Assembly: GCF_902652985.1 (NCBI RefSeq)
Contig: NC_047023.1
Location: 11,222,001 to 11,286,000, forward strand
Source of the DNA: Pecten maximus
Lineage: Eukaryota
DNA: 64,000 nucleotides
Reading direction: 5' to 3'
In this document: in pieces, positions 13,473 through 27,059 of the stretch
Layout: each line of letters starts with the position of its first letter
How positions within the stretch are numbered: position 1 is the stretch's first letter
Translations under genes and position numbers: made by a program
The notes under the pieces: model-generated
Told to the model about the DNA's origin: nothing
What the model saw: the letters and a program-made list of their open reading frames with translations, nothing else
The model's database searches: none

Positions 13473-14784
13473 ACAGTGCCAACATTTTCTAGTTAATACA
13501 TTTAATGCTATTGTAAGGGATAATATATTGAAAGACTCGAGTTTTAGCTATTGGTCGGTTTTAAAAAGATAAGCGCAAATACGTATACCATAACAGGTAG
13601 AAAAACGTCACATCGAAACTGCGGTAAGTGGGATAATAATTAAGCTGGTAGGTAAAAAAGGTTTTGTCTTATCTATATTTAAAGTAATTTTAAGTTTAAA
13701 CTCAATTTTAATCAAACTAAAGTACCAAGCAAGGACGCAGTAATATGACCAGCATACTGTCACACCTACCACTATGGAGCAGACCGTCTCGAACCATCGA
13801 TTGTCAAACTGTGTCGACTTTAAACGTTATATACTCGGTACGATAAGGGCACAAGTGAGTGATACTTTCACTGCTAAATAAAATGTAATAAGAAATACCC
13901 CCGATGACATCCCATCTACCATGCCCCTCATGTCAAATAATTCATAGATTCTTAGATTGCAACTTCTTAGATAATGATTTGAGCCTGTCTTTAGAGAGGA
14001 GAACAGTTTGGTTTAGTTTTTTGTCCCTTCCCCTTCTTTTTTGTAAGCAATGATTCGAATTTCTGACTATTAAACTGCGGACGTGCCGTCAATCCAGTAA
14101 CGTTGTTTTTACATTGACATTCTAGACAGCAACCCTATAAAGAGAGTAGCCGTCAACAATTGATCGCAAATGCTGTCTCTTAATATATGATTATTGTTTT
14201 GCCGGGCAGACGTCCGGTCTTGTGTGATCGCCTGTGTTGGAAGTGTTAAGAGGTGACTGTTAACTATGGAAACATAATTATAATCAATTGGCTTGTATAC
14301 AAGGGACCATGACGTGATGTGACTGACCCATACAATACAATTAGAACTATTTGTTCACGCAAATTGGAGACATGCCGCAACGTTTATTTCCATTCCAATA
14401 CGGTCTTCGCCATTAGCGCCTCTCAATTTGACTACTGGAAAAGCTTTCTACCGAAGTAGATTATACCACTAGAAAATAGTCGCCCTGGCTAATAGCAAGT
14501 TGCCGGTGTTATGTCCAGTTTGACGTGGCTTACATATTTGAAATAACTTTTCTAAAAGCTGCACTCAAATAATTCTATAAGGAAGATAAATGGTGTGAAA
14601 ACTATGAGAGCAAATTGGCATGACGATACTAACAATATAAAGGCAGGATCATGTACGTCAAATTTTCTGCGCAATACTAGAGTATGAGTACAATATGGCT
14701 GATGATGCATGATTGCGGATGTCCTGTCTCCATGATAGGCATGTTACTGTTATACCTGTAATAGTAAATCACGCTATATTGTGA

Positions 14785-15215
14785 AATAGAGGATATATAA
14801 CAGTGTCTTCAGTAATACCAAATATATTTCACGAGTGGGGCTAATATTTTGATATTTTTCACGAGTGCGCAGCACGAGTGAAAAAATTCTAAATATTAGC
14901 CACACGAGTGAAATATATTTGGTATTTACTAAAGACACTGTTAGATATTATGTTTATTACATTTTTTATCAACGAAAAACATTCCCCGTGTGCTAACTAG
15001 GCCTACAGCGAAACTTTGCATACACAAAAAGTAGTTCCCCCTGTCCAGGTAATGACATATATGTCGGGCTTTCTGATTGGTCAATTATTTTGGTATTTTC
15101 TAATCATTAATTTGATTGGTCATATCAGTAAAAGTGATATTTTTCACTAGTGAAAATTATCACTTTTTTTAGAAAGAATGATTTTTGATATTTCACTGGT
15201 AAAAATGTAATAAAT
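14785..15215. mobile_element. Non-autonomous palindromic DNA element (possibly Crypton-like)
   Basis: 146-nt hairpin 14798-14943 with four CACGAGTG motifs; second palindrome 15130-15167 centred on CACTAGTG; 14-bp inverted repeat 14953-14966 / 15201-15214; two TGATTGGTCA motifs; non-coding. The superfamily is a recollected resemblance, not verified. Confidence 0.65.
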
Positions 15216-16582
15216 ACGTTTATATAAATAGGGACGTTCTAAGGGTGTCCTTAACAAACAATTACCAGATAAATAATGTTAACTATGAGAATGACATACT
15301 GATTTGAGTCAGAATTGTATATGTCTACATTCCAGGAGTATGCAAACCAGTTTAGTTTCCAGTAAGATGTCTTGTTTATTTGTACCGATCCGGAAGTAGA
15401 CCACATGTACATTTACATTACCTTAGATGTTATTGAATTTATGTTCTGATAATCAAAAGGGATAGTTATTATCAATATATATTTAATAATACATAATGCA
15501 TTGTTTACAAACATGTCTGAATTATTATGTAGCTATATAGATACAATTGTATGTATATATCATTTCAGAAGCAGACACTATCTTGGTATAAAATATTAAG
15601 TTTCGCTCGAAAACAGTCCGTAAATAATTATTTCTGCTACATCTCGATGACATCTATAGCTTCACTACGTTACAGCAGCGACGGTTTTTGCACAATTTGA
15701 AGATGAAATCTCGACAACTTACTCAATTCTTATTCGTATTTTTCACGTTCAATTCGACAACGTGACAGCGGAAAACGTTAACGTTTATGCGTTTGGATTA
15801 TTGATCATGTTAGATTCCGCTATAGAACGAAGTAATTTCAACAAATGGATTTGACGCTGAAACCTATAAAACTATTCTTTGAAAAATCAAATAACCATAT
15901 TAATGCCCATAGGAAATTGGTATGAGTTCCGATCATGTCTACAGACGAAAATCAGAAATATTTGGCCTTTTATAACGTTGATAATGTTTAGCACGTAATG
16001 TTTCAAGCTGTACACGATAATTGTAAATTAACTTTTGAGGCTATGACATAACCATGGCTATATAATGGATAAATGAAAAATGGAATGAAGACTCTTTTCC
16101 AATGCCATATCAATATGCTGTTATTACCTTTATTTATTGGAACATATCTACTTTAAAATCAAGAACTGAAGAGACATCAGCTCAACAAGCAAGGCCACAA
16201 CGATTTCAATCAAATGCTAAATGTCAAGAATTCAATACTTCCGTCACCTGCACGTTGTTTTATAAGTATGTAAAGGCTGTCAGGATATCATTAAGATGAA
16301 ATCAGCTTGCAAAGTCATTTTTTTTTTTTTTTTAGCAAAACCATTTCAAATTTGGTTTCGTTTGTTCGGGTTTTTAACCCTTTAATAGCAGCATAAACCA
16401 GTATACATATTAGAATGAGTTACCGTAAGGAGGATATTTCAAGAAAGGTAAATATGTTTTCTCAGAGTTATAAATGAATATCACAATGCATTGTAACATA
16501 ATATGCATTAGGCGCTAACACGTGACATTTCTCCTTTAAATAATTGATTTTGTTAGTAATATGCAAATATACATTAGCATAC

Positions 16583-16734
16583 CTGTTAATAAAACACTGC
16601 ATTAACCGAGAATAAAGTTGTAACGATGTGCGCTATCAGAAAAGGATACCCGCGCATTGCTCTGTGGCGTGTACTAGGATTCATCTGACGTGCAAAGGGA
16701 ACATAGCGACGTTGAGTTACATCCTGATTTAAAA
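16583..16734 (-). other. Candidate upstream (5'UTR + signal peptide) exon of the Dpr/ZIG-8-like gene, out of frame by 1 nt as written
   Basis: Acceptor ttgtatttcag|, donor CAG|gtatgc. ATG at 16684 gives MNPSTRHRAMRGYPFLIAHIVTTLFSVNAVFY*. One extra T in the T4 run (16591-16594) would give ...NAVFLLT-G in phase 1 with the 8299 exon. Confidence 0.35.
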
Positions 16735-19709
16735 CTGAAATACAATATATATCAGTATTAGAAGCTCTCTAAGGAGTGACAGACTCAGATTCCAAGAACG
16801 GTCAAATTAAAGCAATTGATGACAGACCTATCGGTGCCATTGTCTGATTCTTGATAACATCATGCGACCTACTGTACAAACCGCCATGCTTGCATGCTAC
16901 CGGGTCCTAAATATCATCAGGTTAGCTAGAGGGAGGGAGACCGTCTTGGAAATGTTTCCAAGAAATTCAACATCAAATTGTGGCAACGGATAGGAAATAT
17001 AGGCGATGGATATGCCGCGAGAGAGTCCATGTACACTATGCATGGACTGTATGTTCCCCCAAGTTGTTGAAGAGCGTAAGAATTGCTAGATCTACGACAT
17101 CCTGATTTGATGATAGGCAGTCTGCCAGCTGCCAGATGGAGCTTTTATTGGATCAGGAAGGTTGTAAGTCAGACAGAGAGTACGTCTCAGCTGTAACTGA
17201 CGAGGTGTCAACCAGGCAGCTTTTGTAATGGGTTCATTTTCTGCGATTGACTTATCAAAGTCATATTAGAGTTGAGAGCATTCATGTTATCCTGAAGGTT
17301 AAAATAAGCACATGGCCACATGTACCCATCGGTATACCATTCAGAACTGAGACTTGCTAACACAACCATTAAGGATGCTGTCTATAGAGATATATCACAG
17401 ACACCAAGGGTAAAAAAAGACGAGTTAGGTTTTGTTATAATATTTATGAAATCGGCGTCACAAATATTCGTCATAAATATTTTAGTAACACATTCAGTAC
17501 AAAATGATCTCAATTCACTAAAGGTCAAATACAGACCAGAATAAAACTTTGAAAAATACATTACGGTTGTTTTCCCCCGAATATTACCCGCATTGGTGCC
17601 GTGATGTCATAGATAAGGTTATACCCATTTTGTTCCATATCCAGTTGCAGAACGGCGTTTTTCAATGAAGATCTCCTCGATATCAACTCGCTATACAAAA
17701 CCTGATCAGAAATGACAATTTGCAAATAATCAAACGCTATGATGAATTACTAGAGATCGAGATGATTCGGTACAGTAAGCAAATCATCCTGTACAATAGT
17801 CTTTTGAAATGTCCTCCACTATTTAGCAGGTGTATCGTACGAACTATGCGATCAATGCTTAATTCAGAGAGAGCAAAACAAGTGTGGTATTGTTAAAAAT
17901 ACAAGTATTCTCTGGGGAACTTTAGGTCATTCCGGCCAATTATATTCTACTTTCTGGCGACAACAGTCTTCATGCACAATACTGAATGACTCCAAAGACA
18001 TAAAACACACTTATGTAAATTTCTTATCTATTTTAAAAGACGGCAGACATTAAGGAAATTAATAGAAAATTACTCTCTCGATGACTTTCAAAGACGTCAT
18101 ATTTACATTTGAAGTTATATCACTCTGTTGATTAATTAATCATGAAGATGATTTGGGGTTGTCAAAATAGCTGCTTAATTACCCTTCATTTGATAACATA
18201 ATCAAGTGTTGGTAAATGTTATACCCTGCGCTCTGCCTTCTCAGAAATGCATTGTGCAGAAAAATAAAATAAAATAACAAAACTGAAATGATAAAACGCC
18301 GTACACTGTTGGGTGTCACCTTCAAACTGCAAATACTTCAATTTATTCCGTATAGATGAAAAATTAAAATAGTAATTTCAATTCAGTATTGCAATCGTCC
18401 TCATTAATTATGCTTTCTTAGTTTAAATATACTGTGAAAAACATTGCATATTGTTCGGTTGGCCTGAAGACATAATATGTTTATAGACTTGTTAAGACAC
18501 ACTTATTGAACATTCCCCTTCCTTGAAAAAACACCATACATATGCTGGTCCCCTATACAGCAACAATTCTTAAATTTGAATGTGTGTGTTTACTAGAAAA
18601 AGTAAACACCGCTCAACTACCAACAGTTCACGGCACCATTTGGTTTGACATTCGAAAAACACACTTGTCAGAAATGTCCCCATGACTACGCTGAAGAATT
18701 AATATGTCGATCCTATCTTTATGTTTCTTATTGACTTTCGCTAGTTGAGTAGGGTCGAGGCATGTGAACAGACATATCTATTGGTCGAACAAAGGCTGAC
18801 GTGTCATATGCCTGACAGGAAAATCAAGGTCTGTGTAGACCCCGAGGGATCCAATTGACTTTTTACGCTGTCTTTAATCATTACTTGTAGGAACAAGTTC
18901 CCCTGTATAGCTCCTTTCTGTTGCATCTTTCACCGGGTATACGTGTATAGATGCACCACCGCTGCGAGTCTGATGAAGTCAGAATCGATGGACTACACTA
19001 AGTGAAAATAAATCTTGATAAACAACCGAGCTTCGCATTGTTAATGCCAGATAGCCATTTTTACATTCAGACATCATCGACTTTCTGTTCCCAGCCGGAA
19101 ACCTTGCCGGGAACCACTTACAAACACAACATGACTCCCTGTTGCTAAGGGTTTGCTTGATAAATTGGTCATCTGTCCAATTCTATCCAATTAGGTCAGC
19201 AACGCTGTTTTAGGAAGCAAAGTGTGGAGGCGAAAATAGTCTCAACGGGAAATTTCTTGGGTAATTGAAATTCTTAATTTATTAGTCTGATCCGTGAGAT
19301 TGAATTCAAATATTTGATCCCGAAATTCAATTACCTGAGTTTTGTAGAAAAATGATTCGAAATCCCCCGTTGCGATGCATTATTGGGGATCTAAGGAGCA
19401 ATTTTTCTTGGAAGTTACGTGTATCAAGAATAAGTTAAGAACGCTACATGAACTTAAAACTAGGATGTTCCTTTAAAAGACATTATAAATACAAACACGT
19501 AGTATTATGCATCTTAGTAAGGTTTCTGTACCTACTCTTGTTACTAATTCTAACGTACTTTTCCTCACACGAATGCAAAGACTAATTATATATACAGACA
19601 CTGTTATCTGACATTTTCACCCTGTTTTGTTTGGTTTCTTACTCACTGCCACGGTTATTTCTACGTTTTTAGTATAATGACTGAAACTGTAAATATATAT
19701 GTGCAAGCT

Positions 19710-20195
19710 TCATGAAAAGATACATCAAGGCCATATGAAAATGTATACCTAGGCTATATGAACAGATACAGATATAAAAAGGCTATACAATCAGATGTAT
19801 CAAGGTCATATGAAGATATGTCAAGGTCATATGAACAGATATGTCAAGGTCATATGAACAGATATGTCAAGGTCATATGAACAGATATATCAATGTCATA
19901 TGAACAGATATGTCAACGTCATATGAACAGATATGTCAACGTCATATAAACAGATATATCAAGGCCACATGAACAGATATATCAAGGCTATATGACAGAT
20001 ATATCAAGGATATATGAAAAGATATATCAAGGCTATGTGGATGGATATGTCAAGGTTATATGAACAGATTAATAAAGGTTATATGATCAGATATGGCCAT
20101 ATGAACTTATATATCTGGACTATATGCACTTATATATCTAGGCTATATAAATGAATATGTCCAGGCATTATGAACACATATATCGAGGCTATAAT
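19710..20195. repeat. 23-bp minisatellite (TCAAGGTCATATGAACAGATATG), ~20 copies
   Basis: 23-nt period in the core (19821, 19844, 19867); decays towards both edges. Confidence 0.95.
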
Positions 20196-21749
20196 GAAGA
20201 ACTGTTTAAAGTATATGTGTGTATAATATTGTCAAATATGTTCCAACTAATATCCCATGCAACGCTTTTTGTGCAATTCATTTGGAGTTTCTTACGTAGT
20301 ATAAGTATAAGAACCGTATCCTTCGCATACACAACTGTGTATTTCATGTAATAATGTTACACATACCGGTAATAGGTTCGTAAATTAACGATGTCTTAAG
20401 TGTGATTCCCTTTTCCATACTTCCAGTAATCTTCAATTCCATTTTTGTGTTTGCCCTAATTAAAATCAAACATCACGAAGAGAAATAAATTTAAACAACT
20501 ACCACAATGACACACATGTGATTAGTATGATGACAGGTCTAGTTTTATCTATAAACAACATCGATAAGGTTGTCTATCACAATGTGATCAAATCCTTCAC
20601 AGCATTTAGAAAAAAGGTATCCCTTCAAACACAAATAAAAATGCATGTTTTATGACACTATGCATGTAAAGCATACCAACCGTTCTGACCAACCAGAAGA
20701 TCACGTCATCCTGGTCTGTCGATACAAAATGTGGTATATTACATAATGAATTTTAGATCGAATCGAACGAACATGAGATACAAACGCCAAGCAGCTTCGC
20801 GACCGAGCATCTACAGTATTAACAGGGGGTTTACTGGTAACGCCTACCTACATATGTAATTAGCAGATATACAAGGTAATTTTACGTAATCGTGCATTAG
20901 AAGTTCTTTTTAGTAGAGAAAAACACACGTTTTTCGTCAATACAATTTTCCATTACAATTTTCTAACTTTATCAGTTCTATCAAATGATTCGGTATTTTA
21001 ATCCTGATATTGACAATGGCTTGACTTATGATAGAAAATCCTTTGATAACTAACACTGGTCCAAAAATAGTGTTTGTGTTGAAGATATGTTAAAATAAAT
21101 TGATATGTAGGCGTCGTTCGGCATGGCAAATAACCCATATGGGATTTGCAAAGTTACCAAAGAGGAGTAACTCCAATCACACAATTGCACTAGAGTGCAT
21201 GTCAAAACAAGACATATACTTATGAATACATACATTTGCTGTTGTTTATCCCGCCTGTACCGGGAAATTTCACAAACCGTATATCATCCTGCCACTTTTG
21301 TGAATTGTTCCAGAAAAAATTTCGTTTAGGATACCCTTGCAACCGCCTAGCTAAGGTGATTAATCATGGCGGAATAGAAGAGCATGCTCCCCAGGACAGG
21401 GAAATGTTAAGAGTATATAGAACAGAACATAAGGCACGAATAGATCTTGATAATTTTTTTTCTTGATTTTGATAAATGAATGAAATGCATAATCATATTG
21501 GAACAAGCTTCTTTATGTGGAAAAATAATGACAATGGAATAAACTAACATTTAATAATCTAGCAGTTTGCTAGGTAGTTAATATGTTAAAATATTTTACA
21601 AACCAAGCGAACTGGCATTAAGTAATCTCCTGAATTACAGATTATCGAGAAATTTCAAGAAGGAAGTCGTAATAAAAACACTCAGAAGTTATCTGTATTA
21701 ATGTCTTAAAATTGTTACCTGCATTGGATTTCTGGTTGATTGATCTTTG

Positions 21750-21780
<31 letters not shown>

Positions 21781-21898
21781 AATGGCAAAAGCTTAACATT
21801 TCTTTAACAAGAGCAAAATTCACATGACCAATTGGCGCAAGTACAATGGAATTTACTTCATTCAATTTTGTCAATGCCATGCACTATCTAAAATACTC

Positions 21899-22055
21899 AA
21901 GGATTGTACCTCATTTTGACTTGCGTATACGGTAGTATGCCCGCAATTGACAACGAACATTTCCTATGGTTGGCCCGTTAGCGCTCCATAGGATATGCCC
22001 GTTGCCAACTGCGGGCATACTACCGTATACGCAGTCAAAATGAGGTACAACCCTT
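21899..22055. mobile_element. MITE / long hairpin (~70-bp inverted arms, 16-nt loop)
   Basis: aaggattgtacctcattttgac...cctatgg pairs with ccatagg...gtcaaaatgaggtacaaccctt; 6 substitutions and 1 indel. The right end CCC|TTA suggests a Harbinger/Tourist type, but the target-site duplication is not intact. Confidence 0.75.
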
Positions 22056-23707
22056 ATATTTACATTTACATCAAACATATTGTTTAAATACAGTACGAAG
22101 AAAGGAAAATTCAAGGTGTGTTGCGACATTGGTAACTACGTTTTTTGTTTTTAATTAATTGATATATTCACAACCATAATTTCCGTCTCAGATTAACTAT
22201 GATGTCAAGCACAGCGTGTATTGACACAGATTAAGTAGTGACGTAGTCAAAAGTTCTCTAGTAACTTTGTGCATAGATCATCGGGCAACAGGAGAAAATG
22301 CTAAAATTGCACTGATTAGTCCTTTCAAAATGGCAGCATCAAGTTGACGTTCTGGTATCGTCACATATAGATGACGTCATAATTATGTTACCGATTCCCG
22401 CGCTTATTACTCCGATAGGCCTTTTTTTCACTGCGTATACGCTAATTTATTCGCAGTCAGAGTTCACTAAGCTGTTCATATATGTATATACGCTAGTCTC
22501 TGCCAGAAATCTATGTATTACATTTAGCACTTGCCAAGACGTGGAAGGCATGGTAGGAATAAATAAAGTGCATCATAGCAAACAACCTGTTGATACAACC
22601 GTTAAGTCAATATTCCCTTTTCTACACCATATTGCTACTAAAGCGACCAGTGATAAAATGATATCAAGTGGCACGCCGGAACGTCGGTATTTCAAATGTG
22701 TCAACGGTCATCGGTGAACAGTTTATCAACATGGTCATGATACGCCGTTACTGTTTATACAGAGTTAGCTGATGGTTGGTCGATGTTTGATTTGGCGAGA
22801 ATTAATGACCGCTAGTTATCTAAGCAGGACACATATAACCATTCTATTTGAATGACGGCATTTCATCATTCGCGTGAAAATCAATAGATAGTTGTGTTTC
22901 AAACGGATGTTGCACTATGCTAATGGCAGAAGTGCGGTTTTATTATTATCATTTTTTTTATTATTCTAAAAACGGAATACAAAAAAGCATTACAAATGTT
23001 CCGTTTCATTGCAAGTGGAATTAAAAAAGCCTTGAATGTAGATGCAGTCAAAATGAAAGATGAGCCTTCCAACATATAATACACTTTGAAAGGGAGACAT
23101 TTGCTGATTTAGCACTAATTTCCCGTGAGGTTTGATTTGGTGTTATGTCTTGCACTCGTGACAGCTTTTGCCATATAAAGATAATGTTGACTTTACCAGT
23201 AGAAATCCTTTCAATATATTACATTTTTGAAATGTTATTCCTTCCTTTATATCATTCATATAGAAACAGTTGCAACACTCCGTTTAACATTGAAAGACTA
23301 TTCTTCTGACATCGGTCAGTCTCAGTCACATCAACCTTAGAACACAAAGAAAAGGTGTACGTCCTGGTCAATACTACACGTTGTCAATGAATGATTGGGC
23401 TTGGTAGCATGACATCGTACCCTTTAACAATACAATGACAAAGTGTTGCCAGTTCTTACTGGCGTCATGAATGATTTGCCGAATACTTTATTTCGCAGAT
23501 TTACTCTCCTGACATTCTTGTCAATACATGAACTAGCGAATGCCGATCTTGTAATGAAATTACTGTTAACTCGCGAATGAAGAGCTATTAGATTCATGGA
23601 TTCTGCATCGGTAGTCGATAACTTGGTCGCCGTCAAAAGGTGTTATTTTCGTACAAATAATCGCGAAGGATTAAAATTTTCGATTGACTCTGCTCGCGCA
23701 TTAACAT

Positions 23708-23712
23708 CCCCC

Positions 23713-23743
<31 letters not shown>
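23708..23743. repeat. C22 homopolymer followed by (AC)n
   Basis: Read directly. Confidence 0.95.
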
Positions 23744-23744
<1 letters not shown>

Positions 23745-26700
23745 TTAAAAGATGTCACGTGATATATATATATTTGTGATTTAAAGTAGGCATTGGTTTC
23801 TCTCGGCAAAACGACATCTTAAGAACCAATCGCCTCACCTTCCTCACTCGAGGGAGCGTTCAACAAAATGCTAATAGCGTGGCAGAGCCAGGGGCCTTAG
23901 GAGGAAAATAAACAGGCGAAAAAATAAAATCCACCAAGTACTCGTCTTAAGCGAATCATTCAATGGGAGAAGCAGGCAAAATTCGTAACCCTACGATATA
24001 CCCGCGGTGCAAAATCTAAGAATAAAACCAGTTACTATTAGAACACTTTGGTAAATTACTTCTGTAATCAAATTTATTGAAATTAAGAGTACAGTTCAGA
24101 ATACTGAATGGAATAGTGATATACATGTATATAAAGATATAAATAGCATGGCAAAATTTTACTAGAATGCGTACCTACACCTGTTTATCATTATCCATCT
24201 TCAAACCGATCTGTTAAGATATGTAAGATGGGCCGCAATATCAGTGGGGCGCATTATTTATATCTACCCTCTAATGCGCCAAAACCAAAATACCAAAACT
24301 TTTACATTGTATATTTGGAATCGGAATGTTAAAGCACTTTGCATGCGTTCGATCATTAAACCTAGTGCTGCATGCTGCAGCTTGCCGCTAAATCATTTTG
24401 AAAAAAAAAAACCAGTACGTTTGTAAAACAAGCGCATATTCTCTCAGACAGTCTTCCTTTCCAAGACTTCCATATTTATTTCATATGTAATAAAGACAAA
24501 TTGCAGGAATGTGTTCACGTTGCCTTACAATTTGCAATGATTTATTATTTAATCTAATACAAGATGATATGAAATCTTTCTTCGGGAACAGCATTATAAA
24601 GCGGTTCCATGTTGGGAAATTAAATGGAGGCAAGTTTTGTATCGGCTGTAAAACTAGGGTCGTCAATGTCGAGATGTCTTCCGCGCGGGTTTAACGACAC
24701 CGTTGCAAGAAGATCGCCTTTGTGCTGTAATGTTTAACGTACTGTCAATGGCTGTAGCATGCCATTACAAAGACATTTAAAGTAAATATAGAATTTTGAA
24801 CGCAATGGATACCAAGGGAATATCGCAGTGGTTACGCAAAATTTCTTCATTAATGAATAAGACCTCCTTAATTAAATGAAACTTTTTTTAGGATTGCACG
24901 AACACTTATATAACAACTATGCCAGAGTAGAAATTTCGTATAATTATATAACTGCAAACGCATTTTTTGCGATTGTATGATATTAATTTATCGGGCCTAA
25001 TTTTAAGTAGAGCGAGCATCGACTGCAGATAATGCATCACTGTCATTATCCACAATGCATGACATATTATTTCACGAAAGGCTATTAATTTACATTGTGT
25101 CAGCACATAGCAACAAAATGCATTATAGCTTTTCTACACCAAGACAAATGTGTTAGGTCCTTAACAAGGTCATATTATACCACAGGGATAGTAACATCGA
25201 GAGATGAAGTGTTGGTTGGTATCGCAAACTAAAGAGTAACAGCCTCTATCGTTCATTTGGTATTCTTTGGTTTTTTGAGTGTAGACATTTTAGTTAATTA
25301 AAACTATTTTTGTTTTCGTTGTTTTTCATCAAGCATCCTTTACAGCGAGTTCAGATCAAGGTCATCAGCCTTCACAAACCCATTTCCGTTTGTAAATCTG
25401 TTTGTTATTCATCCTATAAATCTTAATAATCATTCAATAGCTACATGCTTGTCTCAAGCAGATGAACTAAAACGATTACCGAGAGAAGAAAAATAAAGAG
25501 GAAAGGCGTCTTTTGATAGCAACCCCCAAACCGATCATCACTTTATACACAATATGCAATATAAACCTGATACCACTTCAGCATCTTGTTTTCTTTCGTT
25601 GTCAAATTTTAACCTGGCCTGAGACCAATTTTGATGCAACCGCCTTGTCCTTCGAAGTGTGTCATCCTTCCGCCAATACATTATAATTTCGATTTCTTCT
25701 CAGATATATCTGAACAAACTTATATGATACTGTGTAGACATCTTCCATAGCTCAAAGGTCAAAATTGTGAATTATATGATCCCAAAGGCCTTAAGAGAGT
25801 GGCAACAGGAGTCATATTGAATGGAATTGACGCACTCTTCTCAAGACTTACTTGTATAATCGAATACACATTATATATTGAAAGTTCTGAAGCCACGTTT
25901 TATCAACCATTAGGTTTTCCGTTTCAACTTGAAAGGGTGTGAACTTTAGTATATATTACATTAGGAATTGCTTTTATGACCATAATTGATTGTAATGCAA
26001 TTGGCATTATAAGTACGACATGGCAGTTGGATCTTATGCATATATATGGCTGACTCCCAAGGGGCTGAAGGTTTGGGCCAACACGGATAAAATTGACAGA
26101 AAAACATCTTCTTCTCAAGACCATCAAATACTCTTCATACAATGTAGATTGGAGGTTATTACGATGATTTACAGAAAAGGTCAATTCTATTACCCTGACA
26201 AGGGTAAGATTTATTCCTACTTATAAACGGAAATCACATTTCTTAGCATCATTTGTTCGATTACGGATGAAAATCATTCAAAGTGGTGGGATCCGGGATC
26301 ACAGTTTGCTATTTTACATATATCGAGTCTGACTGACGCCCAAAGACTGATGAGCAGGGCCAAAATGAAAATATAAAATTGACTAAAGTTTATCAGAATT
26401 ATGGTTTCCGTTACGTAAGGTCCATGAGCCTTTTGTTTAAACGCCGGCAAAGAAAACCAACTGAAGCATTTGATTCACATCGTCAAGAGCGCGTTGTGTT
26501 GTGGTATGCTGTTTTTTTAAGGCAGCATCCATGCACTAGGCTGTACTGGAAACGACTGCCAGTGTGACAAATACCATCGGGGTTAGGGATCTCGCTGTTG
26601 ATTATACTACAGCGTGTGCATGTAGCATTCCTTCTCACACATGATTAACTTGTCTGATAAATTTCGGTCAAAGTTTCCTCGAGACTTCAGGGATTTTAAT

Positions 26701-27059
26701 TATCAAATTGTATTGTGGGAAATATATTTCGGTTTAGATCAATGGATTTCCGAGCATTCGTTCTTCGTCCTAGCACGGCATGGGTTATTGAAACCGCATG
26801 TGTTATAGTTTAGTTTCCACGCTTGACTTTGTTGGTAATTCAAAGTGAAGTTGTAGTTTAAGGATCGGTTATCAAAAGTTTGAAGTTGCATACAAATACA
26901 AGAACGCAGTACCAATACTGAATATTGTTTAGTTTTCAAGTGTCTAATATTTCGCAGCTGATCCAGTCGGGCATAGTTCGGAAGTATTGAATTTTGCGCA
27001 ACCGCGCCTTCTACAGTTAAACGATTTGTTTGAAAATATAAATACAGTGGGAAATGTGT

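Noticed and set aside
18970-19010. CTGATGA...GAAA hammerhead-ribozyme-like core (also near 26347)
   Set aside because: GAAA does not directly follow a stem II, and stems I/III cannot be formed.
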